From contig OZ024753.1 of NCBI GenBank assembly GCA_964016885.1, forward strand, positions 26,598,001 through 26,662,000: DNA of 64,000 nucleotides, read 5' to 3'. The notes under the pieces are model-generated. The model was not told where the DNA came from. It did no database searches and saw only the letters and a program-made list of their open reading frames with translations. The stretch comes from Eledone cirrhosa. Lineage: Eukaryota. Shown in pieces: positions 49,501-60,280 of the stretch (position 1 is its first letter; each line of letters opens with the position of its first letter). The translations under genes were made by a program, and so were the position numbers.

Positions 49501-52500
49501 GGTTGGGGTGCGTGATGGTGTTGGGGTGGGGTTAGAGGTGGAGTTAGGGTTAGGGTTAGGTTTTGTGTTTGGGTTAGGGTTAGCGATAGGGTTAGGTATA
49601 GGGTTAGGGGTAGGGTTAGGGTTTGTGTTAGGGTTTGGATTTGGGTTAGGGTTAGGTTTATGTTTAGGGTTATTGTTTATGTTAGGGCTCGGGTTAATAT
49701 TAGGGTTACGGTTAGGGTTTGGTTAGGATTTGGGTTAGGGTTATAGTTAGTGTTACTGCTAGTGTTAGGTTTTGGGTTTGTGTTAGGGTTAGGGTTAATG
49801 TTAGGTTTTCGGTTAGTGTTTGGCTTAGTGTAAGGGTTAGTGTTAGGGTTAGGGCTAGGGTTACGTTTCCGGTTGGGGTTGCGGTTGGGGTTAGCGTTGG
49901 GGATAGGGTTAGGGTTATGTTTAGGGTTTGGATTTGGGTTAGGGTTAGTTTTAGGGTTAGGTTTAGGTTTAGGGTTAGGGTTAGGGTTTGCGTTAGGTTT
50001 AGGGTTTCGGTTAGTGTTACGGTTTGGGTTAGGTTTAGTGTTAGGTTTTGGGTTAGGGTTAGGGTTAGGGTTAGTGTTAGGGTTAGTGTTAGGATTAGGG
50101 TTACGGTTAGGTTTAGGGTTAGGGTTAGGTTTGGATTACGGTTTGGGTTTGGGTTAGGGTTCGAGTTAGGGTGAGGTTTGGGGTTTGGTTTAGGACTAGG
50201 GCTAGCGTTAGGGTTAGGTTTAGAGTTTGGGTTATGGTTTGGGTTAGAGTTACGGTTAGTGTTTGGGTTAGTGTTAGGGTTAGCGTTAGTGTTAGGGATA
50301 GGGTTATGTTTGGGTTGGGGTTGGGGTGGGGTGAATGCGGGTGGGTGTTGGTGTCAGGGTTAGGGGTGGAGTTGGGCTGAGGATTAAGATTAAGGTTAGT
50401 GTTGTGGTTTGGGTTTGGGTTAAGCTTAGGTTTTGTGTTTGGGTTAGGGTTAGCGATAGGATTAGTGTTAGGGTTAGGGTTAGGTTTAGGTTACTGTTTG
50501 GGTTTGGGTTAGGGTTAAGTTTATGTTTAGGGTTATTGTTTATGTTAGGGCTCGGGTTAAGATTAGGGTTACGGTTAGGGTTTGGTTAGGATTTGGGTTA
50601 GGGTTATTGTTAGTGTTACTGCTAGTGTTAGGTTTTGCGTTTGTGTTAGGGTTTGGGTTAATGTTAGGTTTTCGGTTAGTGTTTGGCTTAGTGTAAGGGT
50701 TAGGGTTAGGGCTAGGGTTACGTTTCCGGTTGGGGTTGCGGTTGGGGTTAGCGTTGGGGATAGGGTTAGGGTTATGTTTAGGGTTTGGGTTTGGGTTAGG
50801 GTTAGTTTTAGGGTTAGGTTTAGGGTTAGGGTTAGGGTTAGGGTTTGCGTTAGGTTTAGGGTTTCGGTTAGTGTTACGGTTTGGGTTAGGTTTAGTGTTA
50901 GGGTTTGGGTTAGGGTTAGGGTTAGTGTTAGTGTTAGTGTTAGGATTAGGGTTACGGTTAGGTTTAGGGTTAGGGTTAGGTTTGGATTACGGTTTGGGTT
51001 TGGGTTAGGGTTCGAGTTAGGGTGAGGTTTGGGGTTTGGTTTAGGACTAGGGCTAGCGTTAGGGTTAGGTTTAGAGTTTGGGTTATGGTTTGGGTTAGAG
51101 TTACGGTTAGTGTTTGGGTTAGTGTTAGGGTTAGCGTTAGTGTTAGGGATAGGGTTATGTTTGGGTTGGGGTTGGGCTGGGGTGAATGCGGGTGGGTGTT
51201 GGTGTCAGGGTTAGGGGTGGAGTTGGGGTTAGGATTAAGATTAAGGTTAGTGTTGTGGTTTGGGTTTGGGTTAAGCTTAGGTTTTGTGTTTGGGTTAGCG
51301 TTAGCGATAGGATTAGTTTTAGGGTTAGGGTTAGGTTTAGGTTACTGTTTGGGTTTGGGTTAGGGTTAAGTTTATGTTTAGGGTTATTGTTTATGTTAGT
51401 GCTCGGGTTAGGATTAGGGTTAGGGTTAGGGTTTGGGTTAGGATTTGGGTTAGGATTATCGTTAGTGTTACTGCTAGGGTTAGGGTTTGGGTTTGGGTTA
51501 CGGTTTGGGTTAGGGTTAGGGTTACGGTTAGTGTTTGGGTTAGGGTTAGGGTTAGAGTTAAGGTTAGTGTTACTGTTAGGGTTACGTTTCGCTTTGGGGT
51601 TGAGGTTAGCGTTGGGGATAGGGTTAGGATTAGTGTTTGGGTTAGGGTTAGGGTTTGGGTTAGTGTTAGGGTTAGGTTTAGGGTTAGCGTTAGGTTTAGG
51701 GTTAGGGTTAGGGTTTGGGTTAGGTTTAGGGTTTGGGTTAACGTTATGTTTTGGGTTATGGAGGGTTAGGGCTAGGGTTTTGGTTATGGAGGGTCAGGGT
51801 TAGGGTTAGGGTTATCGTTTGGGTTAGGGTTAGGTTTAGGGTTAGTGTTAGGGTTAGTGTTAGGGTTAGGTTTAGGTTTAGGGTTAGGGCTATGGTTTGG
51901 GTTAGGTTTAGTGTTACGGTTAGGGTTACGGTTTGAGTTTGGTTTAGGTTTAGGGTTAGGGTTAGGCTTTGTGTTAGGGTTAGGGTTAGGGTTAGTGTTA
52001 AGGGTAGGGTTAGGGTTGCGGTTGCAGTTGTGATTGGGGTTGGGGCTAGCGTTGGAGATAGGGTTGGGGTTAGAGTTAGGTTTAGAGTTAGAGTTAGGGT
52101 TGGGGTTAGAGTTAGGTTTAGAGTTAGGGTTGGGGTTAGGTTTAGCGTTGGGGTTAGGTTTAGGGGTAGCGTTGGGGTTAGGGTTAGGGTTAGCGTTGGG
52201 GTTAGGGTTAAGGTTAGCGTTGGGGTTAGGGTTAGGGTTAGGGTTAGGTGTAGGTTTAGGGTTATGGTTTTGAGTTAGGGTTAGTGTTAGGGTTTGGATC
52301 AGGGTTAAGGTTATGTTTAGGGTTAGGGTTTGGGTTAGGGTTAGTGTTAAGGTTTGGTTTAGGGTGTGGGTTAGGGTTAGGTTTTGGGTTAGGGTTATTG
52401 TTAGGGTTAGGGTTAGGTTTATGGTTAGGGTTAGCGTTAGTGTTAGTGTTAGGGTTTTGATTAGGGCTAGGGTTAGGTTTAGTGTTAGGCTTTGGGTTTG

Positions 52501-55465
52501 GGTTTGGGTTAGGGCTTGGTTTTGGGTTTGGTTTCGGGTTAGGGTTAGGGTTAGTGTTAAGGTTTGGGTTAGGGTGTGCGTTAGTGTTAGGGTTAGGGTT
52601 AGTGTTAGGATTAGGGTTAGGCTTAGCGTTAGGGTTTGGGTTAGGGTTAGCGTTATGGTTAGCGTTAGGGTTGGGGTTGGGGTTAGGATTTGGATTAGGG
52701 TTAGGGTTAAGGTTAGGGTTTGGGTTATGGAAGGCTAGGGCTAGGGTTTGGGTTATGGAGGGTCGGGGTTAGGGTTAGGGTTATCGTTTGCGTTAGGGTT
52801 AGGTTTAGGGTTAGTGTTAGTGTTAGTGTTAGGGTTAGGTTTAGGGTTAGGGTTAGGGTTTGTGTTTGGGTTAGGTTTAGGGTTACGGTTAGGGTTACGG
52901 TTTGGGTTTGGTTTAGGTTTAGGGTTAGGGTTAGGCTTTGGGTTAGGGTTAGGGTTAGGGTTAGTGTTATGGGTAGGGTTAGGGTTGCGGTTGCATTTGT
53001 GATTGGGGTTGGGGCTAGCGTTGGGTATAGGGTTGGGGTTGGGGTTAGGGTTAGCGTTGGGGCTAGGTTTAAGGTTAGAGTTGGGGATAGTGTTAGGGTT
53101 ATCGTTCGGATTAGGGTTAGGGTTAGAGTTATCGTTTGGGCTAGGGTTAGGGCTAGGTGTAGGTTTAGGGTTATGGTTTTGGGTTAGGGTGAGTGTTAGG
53201 GTTTGGATCAGGGTTACGGTTAGGTTTAGGATTAGTGTTAAAATTTGGGTTAGGGTGTGGGTTATGGTTTAAGTTTTGGATTAAGGTCATTGTTAGGGTT
53301 AGGGTTAGCGTTAGTGTTATTGTTATGGTTAGGGTTAAGGTTAGGGTTAGGGTTAGGGTTAGGTTTATGGTTTTGGGTTAGGGTTATGGTTTTGGGTTAG
53401 GTTTAGGGTTAGTGTTAGGGTTTGGGTTAGGGTTTGGGTTAGGTTTAGGGCTTGGGTTTGGGTTTGGTTTCGGGTTAGGGTTAGGGTTAAGGTTACGGTT
53501 AGTGATTGGGTTAGTGTTAGGCTTAGCGTTAGGGTTAGGTTTAGGGTTAGTGTTTGGGTTGGGGTTGGGGTGCGTGAGGGTGTTGGGGTGGGGTTAGAGG
53601 TGGAGTTAGGGTTAGGTTTTGTGTTTGGGTTAGGGTTAGCGATAGGGTTAGGGATAGGGTTAGGGGTAGGGTTAGGGTTTGTGTTAGGGTTTGGGTTTGG
53701 GTTATGGTTAGGTTTATGTTTAGGGTTATTGTTTATGTTAGGGCTTGGGTTAGGATTAGGGTTACGGTTAGGGTTAGGGTTTGGGTTAGGATTTGGGTTA
53801 AGGTTAGGTTTTCGGTTAGTGTTTGGGTTAGTGTAAGGGTTAGTGTTAGGGTTAGGGCTAGGGTTACGTTTCCGGTTGGGGTTACGGTTAGGGTTAGGGT
53901 TAGGGTTAGGGTTAGGTTTAGGGTTTGGGTTATGGTTAGTTTTAGGGTTAGGTTTAGGGTTAGGGTTAGGGTTAGGGTTTGCGTTAGGGTTAGGGTTAGG
54001 GTTAGGGTTAGGGTTAAGGGTAGGGTTAGGGTTGCGGTTGCAGTTGTGATTGGGGTTGGGGTTAGAGTTAGGGTTAGAGTTAGGGTTGGGGTTAGAGTTA
54101 GGGTTAGAGTTAGGGTTGGGGTTAGGGTTAGCGTTGGGGTTAGGTTTAGGGTTAGCGTTGGGGTTAGGGTTAGGATTAGCGTTGGGGTTAGTGTTAGAGT
54201 AGAGTTATCGTTTGGGTTAGGGTTAGGGTTAGGTGTCGGTTTAGGGTTATGGTTTTGGGTTACGGTTAGGGTTAGTGTTAGGGTTTGGATCAGGGTTACG
54301 GTTAGGTTTAGGGTTAGGGTTTGGGTTAGGGTTAGTGTTAAGGTTTGGGTTAGGTTGTGGGTTAGGGTTAGGTTTTGGGTTAGGGTTATTGTTAGGGTTA
54401 GGGTTAGGTTTATGGTTAGGGTTAGGGCTAGTGTTAAGGTTTGGGTTAGGGTGTGCGTTAGTGTTAGGGTTAGGGTTAGGGTTAGGGTTAGTGTCAGTGT
54501 TAGGATTAGGGTTAGGTTTACGGTTAGGGTTTGGGTTAGAGTTAGCGTTACGGTTAGTGTTAGGGTTGGGGTTGTGGTGGGGATGGGGTGGGGTTGGGTG
54601 CGGGTTAAGTTTGGGGTTAGTGTTAGCGTTGTGGTTAGGGTTATGATTACGGTTGCAGTTGTGGTTGCGGTTGGGGCTAGCGTTGGGGATAGGGTCGGGG
54701 TTAGAGTTAGGGTTAGAGTTAGGGTTGGGGTTAGGGTTAGCATTGGGGTTAGGGTTAGGGTTAGGATTAGGGTTTGGGTTAGGGTTAGGTTTAGAGTTAT
54801 CGGTTGGGTTAGGGTTAGGGTTAGGGGTAGGGTTAGGGTTATGGTTTTGGGTTAGGGTTAGAGTTAGGGTTAGTGTTGGGGTTTGGATTAGGGTTATTTT
54901 TAGGGTTTGGGTTTGGATTAGGTTTAGGGCTTGGGTTCGGTTTCGGGTTAGGGTTAGGGTTAGGGTTAGTGTTATTGTTAGTGTTACTGCTAGGGTTAGG
55001 GTTTGGGTTAGGGTTAGGTTTTGTGTTTGGGTTAGGGTTAGCGATAGGATTAGGGTTAGGGTTAGGGTTAGGTTTAGGTTAGGGTTTGGGTTTGGGTTAG
55101 GGTTAGGTTTATGTTTAGGGTTATTGTTTATGTTAGGGCTCGGGTTAGAATTAGGGTTAGGGTTTGGGTTAGGGTTTGGGTTAGGGTTACTGCTAGGATT
55201 AGTGTTGGGTTAGGGTTACGGTTAGTGTTTGGGTTAGTGTTAGGGTTAGAGTTAGGGTTAGTGTTAGTGTTAGGCTTAGGGTTACGTTTCCGTTTGGGGT
55301 TGCGGTTGGGGTTAGCTTTCGGGATAGTGTTAGGGTTAGGGTTAGCCATAGGGTTAGGGTTACGGTTTGGGTTTGGTTTAGGTTTAGGATTAGTGTTAGG
55401 GTTAGGGTTTGGGTTAGGGTTAGGGATAGGGTTACTGTTAAGGGTAGGGTTATGTTTAGGGTTAG
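40871..55465 (+). repeat. 14.6-kb higher-order unit, copy 1
   Basis: Its start re-appears at 55466 (offset 14595: ORFs 41055/55650, 41314/55909, 41529/56124). Only the first ~5.9 kb has a visible second copy in the window. Confidence 0.75.
49650..51410 (+). repeat. ~851-863-bp tandem duplication
   Basis: ORF pairs 50171/51022, 50178/51029, 50335/51186 (offset 851) and 49719/50582 (863). Shared rare motifs GGTGAATGCGG and TTAGGACTAGGG. Confidence 0.88.
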
Positions 55466-56569
55466 GGTTTGTGTTTGGGTTAGGTTTATGGTTAGGGTTA
55501 GGGTTAGGGTTTGGGTTAGGGTTAGGGATAGGGTTACTGTTAAGGGTAGGGTTATGTTTAGGGTTAGGGTTAGGGTTTGGGTTAGGGTTACGGTTGGGGT
55601 TGGGGTTTGAGTTGGGGTTAGCTTAGGTGACAGGGTTGGGGTTAGAATTATGGTTAGGGTTATGGTTTGGGTTAGGGTTAGGGTTAGACTTAGGGTCAGG
55701 GTTTGTGTTAGGGTTTCGGTTAGGGTTAGTGTTACTGTTAGGGTTAGGGTTAGTGTTAGTGTTAGGGTTAGTGTTAGGGTTTGGATTAGGGTTAGGGTTA
55801 GGATAAAGGTTAGGGTTTGGGTTAGGGTTAGGGCTTGGGTTTGATCTCGGGTTAGGGTTAGGGTTAAGGTTAGGGTTAGGGCTAGGGTTACTGTTAAGGG
55901 TAGGGTTATTGTTAGTGTTACTGCTAGGGTTAGGGTTTGGGTTTGGGTTAGGGTTTGGGTTAGGTTTACGGTTACGGTTAGTGTTTCGGTTATTATTAGG
56001 GTTAGAGTTTGTGTTAGATTTAGGGTTAGGTTTCCGGTTGGGGTTGCGGTTGGGATTAGCGTTGGGGATAGTGTTAGGGTTAGGGTCAGTGTTAGGGTTA
56101 GGTTTAGGGTTAGGGTTTGGGTTATGTTTAGGGTTACGGTTAGGGTTACGGTTTGGGTTTGGGTTTGGGTTAGGTTTAGGTTTAGGGTTAGGTTTATGGA
56201 TAGGGTTAGGGTTAGTGTTAGGGTTTGGGTTAGGGTTTGGGTTAGGTTTACGGTTAGTGTTTGGGTTAGTTTTAGGGTTAGCGTTAGGGTTACGGATATG
56301 GTTAGGGTTTTGGTTTAGGATTTGGGTTAGGGTTATCGTTAGGGTTACGGATCGGGTTAGGGTTTGGGTTAGGATTTGGGTTAGGGTAATTGTTAGTGTT
56401 ACTGTTAGGGTTAGGGTTTGGGTTAGGGTTAGGGTTTGGGTAAGGCTTAGTTTTAGGGTTAGGTTTATGGTTAGGGTTAGGGTTTGCGTTAGGTTCAGGG
56501 TTACGGTTAGGGTTACGGTTTGTGTTTGGGTTTGGTTTAGGGTTAGGGTTAGGGTTTGGGTTAGGGTTA

Positions 56570-59500
56570 GGGCTAGGGTTACTGTTAAGGGTAGGGTTAT
56601 TGTTAGTGTTACTGCTAGGGTTAGGGTTTGGGTTTGGGTTAGGGTTTGGGTTAGGTTTACGGTTACGGTTAGTGTTTCGGTTATTATTAGGGTTAGAGTT
56701 TGTGTTAGATTTAGGGTTAGGTTTCCGGTTGGGGTTGCGGTTGGGATTAGCGTTGGGGATAGTGTTAGGGTTAGGGTCAGTGTTAGGGTTAGGTTTAGGG
56801 TTAGGGTTAGGGTTATGTTTAGGGTTACGGTTAGGGTTACGGTTTGGGTTTGGGTTTGGGTTAGGTTTAGGTTTAGGGTTAGGTTTATGGATAGGGTTAG
56901 GGTTAGGGTTAGGGTTAGGGTTAGGGTTTGGGTTAGGTTTACGGTTAGTGTTTGGGTTAGTTTTAGGGTTAGCGTTAGGGTTACGGATATGGTTAGGGTT
57001 TTGGGTTAGGATTTGGGTTAGGGTTATCGTTAGTGTTACTGCTAGGGTTAGGGTTTGGGTTTGGGTTAGGGTTACGGTTAGTGTTTGGGTTAGTTTTAGG
57101 GTTAGCGTTAGGGTTACGGATAGGGTTAGGGTTTGGGTTAGGATTTGGGTTAGGGTAATTGTTAGTGTTACTGTTAGGGTTAGGGTTTGGGCTAGGGTTA
57201 GTGTTTGGGTTAGGCTTAGTTTTAGGGTTAGGTTTATGGTTAGGGTTAGGGTTTGCGTTAGGTTCAGGGTTACGGTTACGGTTACGGTTTGTGTTTGGGT
57301 TTGGTTTAGGGTAAGGGTTAGGGTTTGGGTTAGGTTTAGGGCTAGGGTTACTGTTAAGGATAGGGTTATTGTTAGTGTTACTGCTAGGGTTAGGGTTTGG
57401 GTTTGGGTTAGGGTTTGGGTTAGGTTTACGGTTACGGTTAGTGTTTGGGTTATTATTAGGATTAGAGTTTGTGTTAGATTTAGGGTTAGGTTTCCGGTTG
57501 GGGTTGCGGTTGGGATTAGCGTTGGGGATAGTATTAGGGTTAGGGTCAGTGTTAGGGTTAGGTTTAGGGTTAGGGTTATGTTTAGGGTTACGGTTAGGGT
57601 TACGGTTTGGGTTTGGGTTTGGGTTAGGTTTAGTTTTAGGGTTAGGGTTATGCATAGGGTTAGGGTTAGTGTTAGGGTTAGGGTTAGGGTTTGGGTTAGG
57701 TTTACGGTTAGTGTTTGGGTTAGTTTTAGGGTTAGCGTTAGGGTTACGGATAGGGTTAGGGTTTGGGTTAGGATTTGGGTTAGGGTTATTGTTAGTGTTA
57801 CTGCTAGGGTTAGGGTTTGGGTTTGGGTTAGGGTTACGGTTAGTGTTTGGGTTAGTTTTAGGGTTAGCGTTAGGGTTACGGATAGGGTTAGGGTTAGGGT
57901 TAGGGTTAGGGTTAGGGTTAGGGTAATTGTAAGTATTACTGTTAGGGTTAGGGTTTGGGTTAGGGTTAGGGTTTGGGTGAGGCTTAGTTTTAGGGTTAGG
58001 TTTATGGTTAGTGTTAGGGTTTGCGTTAGGTTCAGGGATACGGTTAGGGTTACGGTTTTTGTTTGGGTTTGGTTTAGGGTTAGGGTTAGGGTTTGGGTTA
58101 GGTTTAGGGCTAGGGTTACTGTTAAGGGTAGGGTTATTGTTAGTGTTACTGCTAGGGTTAGGGTTTGGGTTTGGGTTAGGGTTTGGGTTAGGTTTACGGT
58201 TACGGTTAGTGTTTCGGTTATTATTAGGGTTAGAGTTTGTGTTAGATTTAGGGTTAGGTTTCCGGTTGGGGTTGCGGTTGGGATTAGCGTTGGGGATAGT
58301 GTTAGGGTTAGGGTCAGTGTTAGGGTTAGGTTTAGGGTTAGGGTTAGGGTTATGTTTAGGGTTACGGTTAGGGTTACGGTTTGGGTTTGGGTTTGGGTTA
58401 GGTTTAGGTTTAGGGTTAGGTTTATGGATAGGGTTAGGGTTAGGGTTAGGGTTAGGGTTAGGGTTATTGTTAGGTTTACGGTTAGTGTTTGGGTTAGTTT
58501 TAGGGTTAGCGTTAGGGTTACGGATATGGTTAGGGTTTTGGGTTAGGATTTGGGTTAGGGTTATCGTTAGTGTTACTGCTAGGGTTAGGGTTTGGGTTTG
58601 GGTTAGGGTTACGGTTAGTGTTTGGGTTAGTTTTAGGGTTAGCGTTAGGGTTACGGATAGGGTTAGGGTTTGGGTTAGGATTTGGGTTAGGGTAATTGTT
58701 AGTGTTACTGTTAGGGTTAGGGTTTGGGCTAGGGTTAGTGTTTGGGTTAGGCTTAGTTTTAGGGTTAGGTTTATGGTTAGGGTTAGGGTTTGCGTTAGGT
58801 TCAGGGTTACGGTTACGGTTACGGTTTGTGTTTGGGTTTGGTTTAGGGTAAGGGTTAGGGTTTGGGTTAGGTTTAGGGCTAGGGTTACTGTTAAGGATAG
58901 GGTTATTGTTAGTGTTACTGCTAGGGTTAGGGTTTGGGTTTGGGTTAGGGTTTGGGTTAGGTTTACGGTTACGGTTAGTGTTTGGGTTATTATTAGGATT
59001 AGAGTTTGTGTTAGATTTAGGGTTAGGTTTCCGGTTGGGGTTGCGGTTGGGATTAGCGTTGGGGATAGTATTAGGGTTAGGGTCAGTGTTAGGGTTAGGT
59101 TTAGGGTTAGGGTTATGTTTAGGGTTACGGTTAGGGTTACGGTTTGGGTTTGGGTTTGGGTTAGGTTTAGTTTTAGGGTTAGGGTTATGCATAGGGTTAG
59201 GGTTAGTGTTAGGGTTAGGGTTAGGGTTTGGGTTAGGTTTACGGTTAGTGTTTGGGTTAGTTTTAGGGTTAGCGTTAGGGTTACGGATAGGGTTAGGGTT
59301 TGGGTTAGGATTTGGGTTAGGGTTATTGTTAGTGTTACTGCTAGGGTTAGGGTTTGGGTTTGGGTTAGGGTTACGGTTAGTGTTTGGGTTAGTTTTAGGG
59401 TTAGCGTTAGGGTTACGGATAGGGTTAGGGTTAGGGTTAGGGTTAGGGTTAGGGTTAGGGTAATTGTAAGTATTACTGTTAGGGTTAGGGTTTGGGTTAG

Positions 59501-59690
59501 GGTTAGGGTTTGGGTGAGGCTTAGTTTTAGGGTTAGGTTTATGGTTAGGGTTAGGGTTTGCGTTAGGTTCAGGGATACGGTTAGGGTTACGGTTTTTGTT
59601 TGGGTTTGGTTTAGGGTTAGGGTTAGGGTTTGGGTTAGGTTTAGGGCTAGGGTTACTGTTAAGGGTAGGGTTATTGTTAGTGTTACTGCA
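56570..59690 (+). repeat. Near-exact 1,537-bp tandem duplication (dimer of 769+768-bp monomers)
   Basis: Identical ORF translations 56993/58530 and 57369/58906. TTATTATTAG at 56681, 57450, 58218, 58987, 59755. Confidence 0.9.
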
Positions 59691-60280
59691 AGGGTTAGGG
59701 TTTGGGTTTGGGTTAGGGTTTGGTTTAGGTTTACGGTTACGGTTAGTGTTTGGGTTATTATTAGGGTTAGAGTTTGTGTTAGGGTTAGGGTTAGGTTTCC
59801 GGATGGGGTTGCGGTTGGGATTAGCGTTGGGGATAGTGTTAGGGTTAGGGTTAGGGTTTGGGTTAGGCTTAGTTTCAGGGTTAGGTTTATGGTTAGGGTT
59901 AGGGTTAGGGTTTGCGTTAGGTTCAGGGATACGGTTAGGGTTACGGTTTTTGTTTGGGTTTGGTTTAGGGTTAGGGTTAGGGTTTGGGTTAGGTTTAGGG
60001 CTAGGGTTACTGTTAAGGGTAGGGTTATTGTTAGTGTTACTGCAAGGGTTAGGGTTTGGGTTTGGGTTAGGGTTTGGTTTAGGTTTACGGTTACGGTTAG
60101 TGTTTGGGTTATTATTAGGGTTAGAGTTTGTGTTAGGGTTAGGGTTAGGTTTCCGGATGGGGTTGCGTTTGGGATTAGCGTTGGGGATAGTGTTAGGGTT
60201 AGGGTTAGGGTTTGGGTTAGGCTTAGTTTCAGGGTTAGGTTTATGGTTAGGGTTAGGGTTAGGGTTTGCGTTAGGTTCAG
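59545..60280 (+). repeat. 354-bp tandem duplication (59 hexamers)
   Basis: GATACGG at 59574/59928; TTATTATTAG at 59755/60109; TTTCCGGATGGGG present twice. Confidence 0.88.

Noticed and set aside
56993-59192. Minus-strand (NP)n ORFs resembling circumsporozoite-like or Pro/Asn-rich surface proteins
   Set aside because: Direct translation of (CCCTAA)n, with no signal peptide or non-repetitive domain.
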